A DNA stretch of 64,000 nucleotides, from assembly GCA_965637545.1 (NCBI GenBank), contig OZ281496.1:25978001-26042000 (forward strand), written 5' to 3'. The position numbers were made by a program, and so were the translations under genes. This document shows positions 26,346-40,400 of this stretch, one piece after another. The stretch comes from Phallusia mammillata (lineage: Eukaryota). Position 1 is the stretch's first letter. Each line of letters begins with the position of its first letter. The notes beneath the pieces are model-generated. The model was not told the DNA's origin. It saw only the letters and a program-made list of their open reading frames with translations, and made no database searches.

Positions 26346-29300
26346 TTTTTAACGTGGCAAATAAGCACAGCCTAAACGTTAAACAAAAAAACGCATATCA
26401 GGGCCATGAAGAGGAGAAACATGTGCTGGTGCAAGACATTTTCTGCGCTCCTACTTGAACACCTTTTAGAACTACATTAGCGACAGCAAAATGGATCACC
26501 TAAACCCACGGTACGCTCATCCACCAGAACGTACTCAACCACCGTACTGGTTTGCAAAATCGTGTAAGGATCGTGTCTATTTGCAAAAGATGTTAAAATT
26601 GTCCGAAACTTACATTTAAAGCTGTTTATCACATTAACTTATTGTGGTGCCTTTGTACTAAACCAGAAGTCAAAACGTTGATGACGTCACTGCTATATAG
26701 TTTGTGGTTGCGTGCGTGATTGTTGTGTAAAAAGAGGGTTACACAGACCCTTTGGCTGCAGTTACACTGTCCTTAGCGATGTAATAAAACTGCCGCTAAA
26801 CCTGACTAAAAAGCATAATCTAATAAGGGCCAACTACATTAAATCTTTTCAGCTTCATGGAAACGGTAAAAGTTTATTTGTCCACTTTAGTTTCGATATT
26901 TATGGGCCCCTTAGACTGTTGTGGGTCCTGGTACAGCGCACTGGCTGCACTCCCTTTTCTCATACCAGCATTGGTTTCTGCTCTAATAGACAAAATCTGT
27001 GCTTAGTAGCAAATGTAAATTAGCATGGTAAAATATCTAAACATGCCCCAAAGAAAATAGACAACAAATGTGCTATTGTACTAAAATTTTTCGTGTTTTT
27101 CTCCCTTTCGGCGCTTGAAACTCTCGGTAGAGTTGAATTCGATGCGTTGTTTTTCTATTGAGTCAGTGTTTACCCAATTATGCCCCATCCACATAACGCT
27201 TTATATTGGCGATGTAATATAAATCCCGGCATCGGTGGTAGCATTATCGCATCCAAGCTTATTTTATCACATATTACAAGATCGACGCTATTTCAATGGA
27301 CATAAATATACTTAAATATGCAAAATTATGACTTTGCGCACTATTAAGGGTGCTGACGGTTTGTAGCGAATAAAAATGGCGTTTTGAGACTTTTATCATA
27401 CGGTATACCAAGCTGCTGTTAGAACGACGGCATCAAAGACTATTAAACCTAGATGCACCACAAAAATACATCATTAAAGTAACAATAAGTTTTACAATTC
27501 TCTTTTAAGAGAGTAAGGTATTTTCATCTTCACAAGCCAGCTTAATGCAGTGGTTAAATTTATTGACAAATAACAATACACGAAAAGAAACAAAATGGTA
27601 GTCGAGAAAAGGATGAACGAGCAAGCAGTTGCATTCAAAGTAACATTAATGGAGTCTCCATTTTCAGTTTGCACGACAAGTGTTCCAGTAAATTAACCAA
27701 TGCTCGTTGGTTTGAACATGATAGGGAGATTGGCATAGGGTATCGATCTGCAAAGCAAGAAAAAATTAGTCAAAAAGGCACCTTTTACACAGGATCACTT
27801 TGTTGTCTTTTAAATCTATGTCGAAATGTACGTATGGTTTGTGATTACAATTTAAAACAAAATCAACCAATACAATGTAGTAAATATAACCGCCGCATAT
27901 TTTTAACCTTAAACGGTAAGTTATCAAAGTAAGCTAGACCTGTTCGGTATTATATTGATTTAAGCTGATTTGTTGATTGCTAAATACTTTAAATTCAACT
28001 TATTGAGCCATATTATCTTCACAATTAACCATCCTACTATGTTGTTTATATACCACGTGTTGTCCAACATACGAACAATAGTCACTGGAGTTACCCCAAT
28101 TTGGATGTTATGTATCACCAAAAATATAATAGGAAAAACTTAACTTTGCTTATTACTGGTTTCCAATCATCCCAAATCTTTCTTCAGGTGGAAATTAAAC
28201 TGAACTGAATAGAGGAAGCATCATTAAATTATCTAAAATCAAAAGATCAAGCATCAGTATCATGTGTTTAAAATGTTGCGGAAACTTGAATGCTACACAT
28301 TTCACAAACTACACTTTTCTGTCTCGAGAAATTAAAATATCAAAGCAAATTTTAATTTTTGGCGTTAAATTTCAAATTAGCATAAGTGCTTTACGTCCAT
28401 GGCCTCCTACCGATCCCCCAAGTTTTAGAAACTTGGCATTTTAAAAATTACACCTCGGATTAAATGCAGAACAAAACCCCAGTCTACTCCTGCATAGCTG
28501 TCAATAAGTTAACGTGGAACAATAGCATTACATACATACACTTATCTTGTTCTCCGTTTAACACCGCATCATTCGACAAAAGTCACCAAATACTAATGTC
28601 AGTAGTGGTTTAAACTAGTGTCAAAACATATTGAAAAATAATTATTAACTAATTCAACTATAAACGATAGGATTATAGACTTACAGCCCGTTTTTGCTTC
28701 GCAAAATCAAAACATGTTAGAAAAGATCAATTTTGGTTGGGTTACTGTGGGGAAATTTCAACTTTTTTCGGTTCTAAACGGCTACTAACGACCCCTCAAT
28801 GGGTTAAAATTGCGTTTGAAAAAATGACATTCAAACTGAATTTTGCGTGGGTTACTTTCTGATCATCCGAATTTTAAAGAGAATGGCCTCGTACTGACCC
28901 CCAACCGGTTGAAATTGCGTTTTTGAAAAATAAAATACGAGGGGAAAACGGGAACTAATAGAAATCGGCAATTTCTTGCTAGTAAGATGTAACATACATT
29001 AACATATTTTAAAAATAAGGTTGAAAGAGTAAATGCAAATAACGCTGCCTTTCAATGCCGTATTAAACATTATTTCAACTTGAAAATGTATCTTTAATTC
29101 AAAACTTTATTTCAGTAAAATTCAGTAAAATTAATTCAGTAAAATTACTGCATTGAAATGTCATTTAAAAGCTTTATAACAACTTGCCTGTATTCCGTAA
29201 GCTTTTCAATTACAATGCTTTGTCATCAAATGTCTTTGGTCACCACGTGGACCTGCAACAAACAAATCAAAAAGCAGAATCGTTCGAACTTATTAGCCCA

Positions 29301-29504
29301 ACAAACCTAATAAACCATGTTTTAGGATCAAGACAGATGTAAATTAGTGTGCACTGCAGTTTACCAGTGTATCGACAGAAAAGGTCCACCGACATTTATT
29401 GACACTGATGTAATACACAGTTTAACCACCTGTAAACATTAATCTTCATTAGGAACCTCGCTAAGTACTTCGTGACAACAACCTTCACCGAGCGCCTTAA
29501 GAAA

Positions 29505-29600
29505 AGAATGACACCTCGCACCTGCCAGCACAAGGTGCGTTGCCTTTTTTCTTTTCTGTTCGACCAATCAGAACGCTAGCTGTCAAAACGTGACCTCAAG
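29505..29600 (-). promoter_or_regulatory. Another copy of the CCAAT promoter module
   Basis: ttttctgttcgaCCAATcagaacgct...aacgtgac aligns with 17161-17210. Candidate minus-strand exons follow at ~29365-29429 and ~29252. Confidence 0.45.
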
Positions 29601-29999
29601 TATTGCGCAAACGTTTAACCACCCATGTGTGAAGTGAATTATGCTTGCAACACCCTTACGCTTGACCGGTTTAGCTTAAGCTGTGTTTAACCGATTAAAA
29701 ATCTCTCATGAAAATTAACGTTGATATTGCCGAAAAAGAAATAAACTATGATATGAAATACTGCATTTATAGGTAAATTTGTACTGTTGCCTATTGTCGC
29801 TTTGAAAAATCAACAATAACTTTGCCTGTGGATTTTATTTGATGTTATGTGATTAGATGCAAGTTTTTTTTCTGCCTTTATAACAAGAATGACCGTGACG
29901 AAATTATGCGTTTGGTATAAATAATTCCTAAACTTTAGCTTCGAAACTAATTAAGCGATATTTAAACAATTTAGTACCAGTGAAACTTATCACTTTATG

Positions 30000-30181
30000 C
30001 AGTGGTGGGATTTAAATTTTTGATCAGCAGGTTTACTGATCTCATAAAACTAGTGGTGGTATTCTAATTTCCATTGGTGGGATTCAACTTTTTTTTTTCA
30101 CGCTGACCGGTTCGCTGATCTCATAAAATTTCGTGAGACGGTTCTATAGAACAGGTGCGAACCGACTGAATCCCACCACTG
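30000..30181. mobile_element. hAT-type MITE
   Basis: TIR CAGTGGTGGGATT / AATCCCACCACTG with 8-bp TSD ACTTTATG on both sides. Confidence 0.9.
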
Positions 30182-31060
30182 ACTTTATGCCTTTGCCACA
30201 GATACAAATAAAATGAATTAATGACAGGCTATGCTATATGCTTAAAATGTTTCAAAAATATTTTTTAGGCTTTTGTAGTGTGAAATGTGATGCAATATGT
30301 GTAATGGTAAAACAAAATTTTGTAAATTCCGGGTCGGTATCGGTTCAGGTTTATGGTGCAACGATGCAGTACGTTCCGTTGCCAGAATATCCGGCGTTGC
30401 AGGTGCAAGTAAACCCACCATCTGTGTTTTCGCACAACGAGTTTGAATGACAGTTGTGGACTCCACGGGCACACTCGTCAATGTTTGTAACATACATCAA
30501 GTTGTACCACATCTTCAGTGCAATTTAATGTAAACTTCAGTCTTTTTTCTCTCTCATTTATTGTACTTAGTGTGTATTGAATATCAAATTAAAAGATTTA
30601 TTTTTGCCTAGTTGTATGATTACCGTATTCACAGCATTTTCCAGTCCATCCGTTCGAACACTGACCGAGAAGTCGTGTCGTCATACCAACCGTCGTTACG
30701 ACAAAAAGTATTGCATCCTCGATCTTGTGACAATTCAAAAGGACATTCCTGTCCTCCGTAGATATAGTATAATGTCACATTCCTTATACGAGTCGACGTC
30801 TCGGTTTTATTGCAGCCAAGTTTACATGCACTCCATTCTCCCCAATCAGAGACATCGCAAACGGCTGAAACAAACAAATTTACAACTGTAAGTAGTCAAC
30901 ACGCTATCGGTAAATAATTGTGTTCCATCATGGTCAATAGTTTAGTGGTGTTTTTGAACCACCGTCTCGCTACGAATTAGCATGTCCTTGGGAATTTAAA
31001 ATTTTATGTCGTGTTTTGAAGCTCGTTATGTGAGGAAGTGCATATAAGCACGCTATATCA

Positions 31061-31882
31061 CAGTGGTGCTCAAACTTTTTTTACCGCGACCCAAATCTGA
31101 GTTTAATGAACATCTCACGACCCAAGCCCCAAACATCAAAAAATGTATTTTTTTCTAAAATGCATGGAATAGAAAAAGACACAAACAACTACAAAACAAA
31201 TGATTTATTTGTTTAATGTTATTGATGAAACTGAATTTTTTCCTTCATAATATCTTCAATGCACGGCTCTATTTTTTATTTGGGAGACCACTTGATATTG
31301 TATATTCAGTTAAAGGTCTGTGATTTGACTTTTAACTGTGCTGTTCGATAACGAGACGGACTGCAATTTCGAGGCTACATCGTCGCCGCATAGGAGTCTG
31401 ACCATGTCAAAATGGCTGCACGCTGAACGAGCTCTTCACACGAGCTCGATTCGTTTGACAATTATTCGGCATAACACAGCACACATTGTGGCTTTGCAGC
31501 ACCGTGATCAATGATAGAAGTGAATCCCCAATCTAAAAAAGTTACCTTGTACGAATATTTACTCATCAACGCTAACTATTCCATCTCCACGTTCAGTTTC
31601 GCATGATTAACTTGTCCTATTATTTCCCGTGCTAGGACGTTACAATCGCCGTGTGAGTAACAGTAAAAGGCTATTGTCTGTATGTGGTAATGATTGGTAT
31701 ATTTTCCTGTACAGCGTGGTCGAGTGAGGTGACTTTATTACTGCGTTAAGTAAATTCGTTTGTGTTCACTTAATGCAGCAATAGAATTGAATTTGGGCAG
31801 AATTGGATCACCATAGCGCGACCCATTTTTTTACCCTGCGCGACCCATGTTTGGGTCGCGACCCATACTTTGAGAACCACTG
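31061..31882. mobile_element. Non-autonomous hAT-type element
   Basis: TIR CAGTGGTGCTCAAA / TTTGAGAACCACTG, 8-bp TSD CTATATCA, subterminal GCGACCC repeats. Confidence 0.9.
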
Positions 31883-34613
31883 CTATATCATAAGATCTGC
31901 ATCAGAACTATTGGCGTTAAAACCAATGCCTAGATATCACGAGCTGCCATTTTTAATGTCTTAAAATAAATTTTTCGAAAACTCTTGGTTTGAAACGGGT
32001 TAAAAAAGCAAAACCAAAAAACTCTTTCAGAAAGCTTGGATAGACCCACAAATTTTGAGTGAAAAAAATGGGTAAACAATATACGGTTAAAAACATTCTC
32101 GGCAAAAAATACAAGCGAATGTCTGTGTGTAAAGAATCACAAGGTTTCGACAATTACTGTTGTCTTTGACAAGTAAAATGTAAATATCTGTTTACCTGGA
32201 CAACATCCCTCGTCACATGTTTGAGTTTGATCATAAGGAGCTGTGCAATCCGTACGACCACAACCACTTGCTGAAACGACAAATCTGGTCCTGTTTTGAA
32301 ATCCATATGTACATTCCGCACTGCAACTGTATGGCACTTTAAGATTATTTCAAGGAAAATTAAAGCTTGCTTAATTCTGTCAACTCGTTATCCACATCCG
32401 CGGAAGTCGGAATTAAAAAAATCATTAACTTCAGGTGAAAATGTTCCAGAATTTCTGCTTAATGGAAAATCGCTATTAATATTCTTCATTTTTGGTTATT
32501 AAATTGTCAAAGTTAGCGATTTAAAGAACACATCACTATTTTCATATTCTTAACGTAACGCCTTTGTATGGTAAGGTTGTGGCAACAGTTCGTTAATGTA
32601 AGCTATTTAAGCTTATTTTTAAAGCAATATTTATAGTCCGGTCGCTTTCTCGTTCTGGCCCGCTCGCAGCTCTGTATGAAATGAGAACGCTTTTGGAGAC
32701 TTACTAATCCCATTCCGTACAATGGGATTCCAATACACAGGTGACAGGGCAGCATTGCGTATTGCATTCCTTTGATTCTTCACTTAATCCATCGCACTCA
32801 TAACCACCACAATATGCAGGTGAGTAATCTCTTGTCCTGACCTTCAAAATGAAACCTTGGTCAGTGATAGAAATAAGATATGATCCTATGACACGAAACA
32901 AAGTCAACCAGACATAAAAAAACGTAAAAGTAACATTTTTACATAAATCAAAAAAACGGACGAACAGGATGAAGCCTTGCACACGACTTCGGTGTTGCAA
33001 ACGAAACTATCAAAAAAAAGTTTCAACATTGGATGGGTTACTGCCGGAGCATTCTAATTTAAAGTACATTCTTCCTTTAGCCTCCCACAGATCTCTAATG
33101 TGTTAAACTGCAATAGGAAAATTGACATTCAACTTGAAACCCTGTTTTCGTTTTTGTTCTTAAAATATTAAGATATTGAAAAAAAAATCTGTTTTGTAAG
33201 TTGCTGCAAGATCTTTTTAACTTTAAATAAGTTCTAAAAGCCAATGGTTTAACACATGTAAAAGTCGGAATTTGAAAACCTGATTGGGTTTGGGTCGCCT
33301 TCAGCTACATTTATGCATTTGTTGGAAATAAAAGTCTGGCATTTAAACTCTTGTTGAATAAAGTTCACCTGTGTTCCTCCACCACATAAGGCGCTACATT
33401 CCCCGTATGGTGACCAGCTACCCCAAACACAATCTTCAGGGCAACATTCTTCATTGCAAGGTTGATAATCCTCCAAATCGTCAAAACTTCCTCCACACTG
33501 AGCAGTTGATAGGAGCTCCCTGGTCCTTCGCTTATTCCCCCCTCCACATGTTAGAGAACAGGGCCACCAGTCTCTCCACTCTCCGTACTGGCAATCAACT
33601 GGACAGCACCCTCTGTTACACCCACGAGATCTAATTGATGGACCACGGCAGAGTCTGCCTCCGTTCTCAGCTTCTACTGCAATGTCACGTGATCGACTTT
33701 TGATACCTCCTCCGCATGATTTCGAACAGTCACCCCATTCAGTCCATCGGTCCCATTTACAGTGTACTGAAAGTAGTGTAAGGTATCTGGTATTAAAGTC
33801 GACTTTCGACAACTGAAAACTTACATACAGAACCAACAGGTGCCGAACTTTGTGCACAAGAACTTTTAACTTACAATAATAAACAATATATTTTGTGGGC
33901 CTTAAAACCTCTAGGTACATTACCAGCAAACAACAATGAATTATATATTACAAAAGTGAGGAAGTTTTAAATCGTAGTACGCCAGGTCCACTAGAAATAA
34001 TCAATCTAAAGATCATTTTTTCTGTCTTTGGAGCAGGGCTGCCGCTGAGAATTTAAGGATATCCCAAGGTTCCCTCGCCAAAAATCCCAAGGTTTGTGCG
34101 AAAATCCCGAATAAAAAAAGCTTGGGTAGATCCACAACTTTAAAAACTCTTATACTTGGAAGAGTAAAAGAGTTCTTGGCTATACACGGTTCGAAAAGGC
34201 AACAAAAAACTTTAAATATCGCTGGAGAAAGCAAGACTTCGCGGAAACCGTTGAATATCGGGTTAAATTGCTTAAAGAAAGTGCTATTTGTTTCGACAAT
34301 TACTGTTTTCATCGACAAGTAAAATAAATGCAACAGAAGGAAAGTCCCTGTTCAAGAAGTTTACCTGGACAGGATCCCTGGTTACATGTTTGAGTTTGGT
34401 CGTCTGGGCCTGTGCAGTCCGCACCACCACAACCACTTGCTGAAACGACGAACCTGGTCCTCCTCTGCGTTCCATCTCCACAAGTTGCACTGCAACTGTA
34501 TGACACATTAAGATTAACATAGGAAGAATAAAAACTTGCTTAATCCTGTCAACCAGTTTTTTTATATGCTCAGGAGCCAGAAATAATAAAATTCAACAAA
34601 GATTAGGTTAAAA

Positions 34614-35428
34614 CAGTGGTTCTTAACCGGGGTTCGATCGAACCCCAGGGGTTCGGCAACGCCGAATCAGGGGTTCGACGAAGGACTTTTTGAAGTGCAA
34701 TACAAATACTCGTTTTCGTCAAATTTTAATTTTTAAACTGCTCTAAACCGTTTTTGTGGTACTAAAAAGATGACCAGCGTAATAACCATATGCTTCCGAC
34801 TTTTTGTACGCCTATTGTGTGCAAACAATCAGAACAAAACAGGTACCGCAAGCATCACAACATAGATTATGACTTCATAAACACTTTACTGATCTCCACG
34901 CTATGTGCAGCTCAATCTGTTCACCAAGCTGGAAATTAATCTGGGCTTTTTGGGCGTTATTAGATGGTATAACTTATATATGATATGAACTAAGTATTTT
35001 AAAACAAAAATCAGCAGGTAATTGGGGGCCGTCGGTGAAATAAGAATCTGCGATGCGGTCGTCCTAGCAAAAAGGTTGTGCACCCCTGTACTAGATTTTA
35101 TTTTATTTTTTTACGTAACAAAGAGCATTGTGGGCGTTGTTCTTAAGCGGAAAAACTACGAAATACTGTTGGCAGCAAAATTTGTTTCTTCAGTATTTTC
35201 ATGTTTGTGCACAGATGCTAAAAATACCATGCTTCATTTTGGAAAAAAGTTGCTTGTACTAGTCAGAATTTAACAAAATGAAAAACAGTAACACTATGTT
35301 TGAACAAAAACTAATTTTGACCCACCAAGCAAAATAGGTTAAAAACCTAGGATGTAACTTTGGGGTTCGACCAAAAGCTGAAGAATATCGTAGGGGTTCG
35401 GCCGTTATAAAAAGGTTAAGAACCACTG
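34614..35428. mobile_element. Non-autonomous hAT-type element
   Basis: TIR CAGTGGTTCTTAACC / GGTTAAGAACCACTG, 8-bp TSD GGTTAAAA, subterminal GGGGTTCG repeats. Absent from the paralogous introns of A and B. Confidence 0.92.
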
Positions 35429-37418
35429 GGTTAAAATGTTCTTGAATTTCGGCTTAATGCAAAAATGTTCCTCATTTTCGGTTGTCAGAGGGTCAAACTT
35501 AGCGATTTGACAATTGTATCATTATCTGATGTAGCACATATACATTGTTAATGTAACACAATGCCGTATGGTAAAATCTTTATCGTATTAAAAAGAGCTC
35601 CCTGGTCCTTTGCTTGTAACCCCCGCCACATGTTTGAGAACAGGGCCACCAGTCGCTCCACTCCCCGTACTGGCAATCAACTGGACAGCATGGCGGTACG
35701 CAAGGCTGGGTGTCCGTTGCTGATCCAGAGCAGTCAGATCCACCGCAAAAAGCTGCTGGTGATTTACTTCTTGTTCGTTCCTAGATTGGAAAATATAAAA
35801 AAGGATATAGAGGATAGTCACAATTTCTTTATTTTGTTTACCTCTAAAAATGCTATATAAACAAAGTTTACACCTCTTATTTGAAACAACAACCAAAATT
35901 GTTAAAATCTTATGCTGGTACGGAATAGACACTTTATGTTGACAATAAAAATAAAACTCTTCGTTTAAATATGTAGCCTATGCCCGATACCATTTGTCCC
36001 TGACACTAACTGTAAAATTACACAACTTTGCAGAGCAACTTGGCCAGTTACGAAATTAAAGCACATATAGTATAAACAACAAACATCAAACTCTTCTGAT
36101 CTGTATTCCATTTCTGCAAGCCGTTGAGCAACCATCCGATCCCAAACCGAAATGTGTTCCTGAGTCGGAGCAAATTGACTCACAGGTTCCGAAAGGGCCC
36201 CAATCTCCCCAGACGCAGTCTACTGGACAGCACCCTCTGTTACACCCACGAGATCTGGTTGATGGACCACGGCAGGGTCTGCCTCCGTTCTGAGCTTTTA
36301 CTGCAATGTCACGAGATCGACTTTTGGTTCCTTCTCCGCATGATTTCGAACAGTCACCCATTCAGTCCATCGGTCCCATTTACAGTGTACTGAAAGTAGT
36401 GTAAGGTATCTGGTATTAAAGTCGCCGACCCCTGATTTGGACATATACCATGGACATGGCGACCTGGATGGTTTCATTTGTTTGTGTTCAAGTGTTTAAC
36501 AAACCTCGTTAAAAAATGTCCCCTGGCAACCGATAACAGTGGATTACGGACTTTAATGTAACGTTTTTTTGCATATTCATAATAAAAACAACAATTCAAA
36601 TTAATACATTTTTTTCACGAATTTGAATTTAACAATACATTATTGCTTTAACACTTACATTATTGCTAAAACTTTCCTGAGGAGTTCCTCATATTCAGGC
36701 ATTTCTACTGATGTATTGAACGCATATTAACTTTATAAAGGCTTAAACGCCATACCCACTACTTTGATTCTAATGGTATATGTTTGAATCCTGTTGTCTT
36801 CAAGCATATATAAGTTACACAATTAAACGGGATATCAATCAAAACGTTAGCTGTCAAAACGTCACGCCAAGACTGGAGCAAAGTTAAATCGCCTATACGT
36901 GTGACGTGAAATATACTTGCATCACTCTAATGCTTAACCGGTTTAGGTTACGCTCAAGTTATTTTTCACCAATTTAACATACACAATTAAAGTGACCCTG
37001 GGCATTGTCGAAAACAAGTACCATATAAATTACTGCATTATAAGTAAAATTCATTCTGTTGCCTATTGCGTACGCTTGGATAAATTAGCCATACACTTTG
37101 CATGTGTATTTTATTTAGTGCTATATGATGTGAAGAATTTTTTTTCGTTGTGAACAAATCAGAATGATCATGATGTTTTATAGAAATAATCCGAAAAACT
37201 ATTTGGAAAACTGTTTTATCGGTGGGTACACAATTATAGATTAGGGAACCCATAAGTTAGAACTTATTATAGCCACAAATACAAATACAATGAAATGATG
37301 ACAGCTGTATGATATATGACAGTTTTGATTTTTTTAAAGTTTTTGTGGTGTGAAATGTGATGCAATATGTGTAATGGTAAACAAATTTGGTAAATTCAGG
37401 GTCGGTATCGGTTCAGGT

Positions 37419-40400
37419 TTATGGTGCAACGATGCAATGCGTTCCGTTGTCAGAATATCCGGTGTTGCAGGTGCAAGTAAACCCACCAATTGTGTTTTCA
37501 CACAACGAGTTTGAATGACAGTTGTGAACTCCCCGTGCACACTCGTCAATGTCTGCAACACACATTAAGTTGTGCCACCTCTTCCAAAATTACATAAGTT
37601 TTGCCGTAAACTTTGTGTTATGCGGCTTTCCTGTCATACTCTTGATATATTAATTGACTTATGACCTTAACTTTTATCTCCTTCTGTTTCTTTTGTAAGA
37701 AACGTTTTTTTACGGATTAGGTAGAGTGATAAAATAACTTTGCATTTAAGGCTTAAAAATATGTCGTTTAAACTCCAAAAAATACCTTGGCAGTTTGAAC
37801 TAGAACCTTCAAATCCGTCTTCACAGACGCAAGAATATTCGCCGATGTGATCAACACACTTGGTGTTTTCTGGACAGTTGTGATTTTCATCACATTCATG
37901 TACATCTGAATACAAGTTTTATTAACATATAACTTAGTGCAATCCATAAGCTAAGTCATAACTTGGAACAGTACACAGATTCCTCGCAACATAAGCCGTT
38001 TTTCTGATTTTCTAACCTGCCGCTCGGTTAGCAACTGCCGCTAGACCTAACGACGCAGTTACAATCAAGGCAAAGCAAATATAGCATGTGTTTCTGAGAC
38101 CTTTCTCGGGTCTAAAACTATTCACAGAAACATTTTATGCATTTATTTAGAATGGCGGGCTTGGAATAAGAAAACCATAACATGGTGTCACATAGCAGGG
38201 GCAGGGAAAGACTTTTGCAGTCACAACAAGAATGCTTCATTTCGAGAACAACTAACTATAATAAACCCAGGAAAGACAAGGCTAATACAATGCTATACGA
38301 TATAAATACAAAATATCCATATCTTACTAATGGGAGACGGTAAAATAAAGGTGTTCATTACGCGCAAGACTTGACACCAAATATGCTAACACACGATACC
38401 ATTTCTATTTTTCATGGTTCCCCCACGCTAATTGGAAAGATTAATTTATCGCTCTTTTAAAGTCAACCTTGCTGAACCCACTTACCAGTACATTCGAAAC
38501 CGTCGCCAGTGTATCCCGAAATACAAATGCATCTGTAGCTTCCTGCTGTGTTTTCGCAATATGCTAGTCTGTTACATTCCGCCGTTCTCTCAAGGCATTC
38601 ATCCACATCTAAATAGCAACTACGTTAATCATCTTGCATTGAAAAATATAAGTATGACGTATTATGATCCTTAAAGTTTATGTTGCCCATAAACCATTAA
38701 CAACCCACAATAGAATTCAATATTTGATGCAGCCGACGTTGCCACCCCTAAAATTGTTTAAATGTGCATTTAGGGAACAAGATAAACCCACTTTTTGGGA
38801 ACGACTTTCAGGGCTATAAACGGGCTTTTTAAAAACGATTGGCGTTCGGGCCGGGTTCGGGCACTATAATTTCAGGCCCCTTTTAGAAATCTAATCTCAG
38901 AACATCTAGATTACTACCTAAAATGTTCACAATTGATAAAACATGTCTAAAATATTTTTCCCGTTTTGTAACTATTACCTTCTTCACAACATTCTCCAGT
39001 CCATCCTTCCGAGCATTGGCAAGTCATATCGCCATATACACCGCCGTTGAGACAGAAAGTATTGCATCCGCGGTTTTCTGACAGTTCGACAGGGCATTCC
39101 TGACCTCCGCATTCATCCTTTGATATTATAATTCTCATACGAGTCGAGGTCTCGGTTTCATTGCAGCCAAGTTTACATGCACTCCATTCTCCCCAATCAG
39201 AAACAACGCAATCAACTGAAAAAATGTTACCACTGTTAGTGATCAACAAGTTATCGTTAAAATCACTCTTGAAACTGTTCAGGAGTGTTTTGAAACCACC
39301 TTTCCAAGGCGCAGAACTGTGTGGGAGTTTTCAGATATGTCGCAAAATATTTGTGTTTAAACTATCCTATCGTTTTCGAGAGCTTGATGGCGAAATGGGG
39401 AACTAAATTTCACAAGCCACCATTCGAGACATCTTGACATGAAATAACCGTTTCTGTAAGAATCCCAAGCCACGTTTCCTGTATAATATTTTGTGTCATT
39501 CGGGTTTACTTATTGTTAAAGATGTTTTTGAGTGTTATAAGTCAGTTTACTTGCATTATTACGACACTTTTCGAAACAATACGTATTGTACACAGGCCTA
39601 TGATCGTTTTCGAAAACTCTTGGTTTGAAACCGGTTAAAAAAGCAACACAGAAAAATATTTAGAAAGCTTCTTGGGCCCGCGCAAATTTAGAGTAAAAGA
39701 GATATTGGGTACACAATGTAGATATTCTCTCTCGGCAAAAATACAAGAAAAGTGAAATAAAATTTTTATCGTGAGGTGAAATAAAAGAAGGGACGTCCCT
39801 GTTTAGGAAGATATGTTTACCTGGACAACAGCCCTCGTTGCATATTCGAGTTTCGTCGTCAGAACCTGTGCAATCCGTACCACCACAATCACTTGCTGAA
39901 ATGATAAATCTGGTCCTGCTTTGCGTGCCATCTCCGCATGTCGTACTGCAACTGTATGACACATAATTAATTAGGAAGAATAAAAACTTGCTTAATCTTG
40001 TCAACCAATTTTTTATGCTCAGGAGTCAGAATTAATAAACATCAACAAACATTAGGTTAAAATGTTCTTAAATTTCTGTTTAATGCAAATCATTTTCGGT
40101 CGTCAGAGGGTCAAACCTATAGCGATTTGACAATTGTATCATTATCTGATGTAACACATATACATTGTTAATTTAACGTCTCTGTATGGTAAATCCTTCA
40201 TCGTATTAAATAGTTTATTTTTAAGCACTATTTATAATCAGGTCGGGCTTTATGATTATAATGTGATTGGGAAGTAATGGACTTGAGCACTGATTTCACT
40301 TTCGACCGCGTTGGTGTCGTTATTTATTTATGTATTGGCAAATTTCTCTTACAGGTTTCATTGGAAAAAAATTCGGGCCCGCTTGCAGCTATGTATCAAA

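Larger units (their letters stand above)
30351..36423 (-). pseudogene. TSR-EGF pseudogene (paralogue C)
   Basis: Exon remnants at ~36088-36389 (1-bp deletion, gaatgggtgac versus gaatggggtgac in the sister exon), ~35590-35782 (truncated), 34365-34495, 33369-33766, 32705-32841, 32196-32326, ~30629-30865 (degenerate) and 30351-30484 (acceptor AG changed to AA). Two EGF exons and the signal-peptide exons are absent. Confidence 0.8.
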
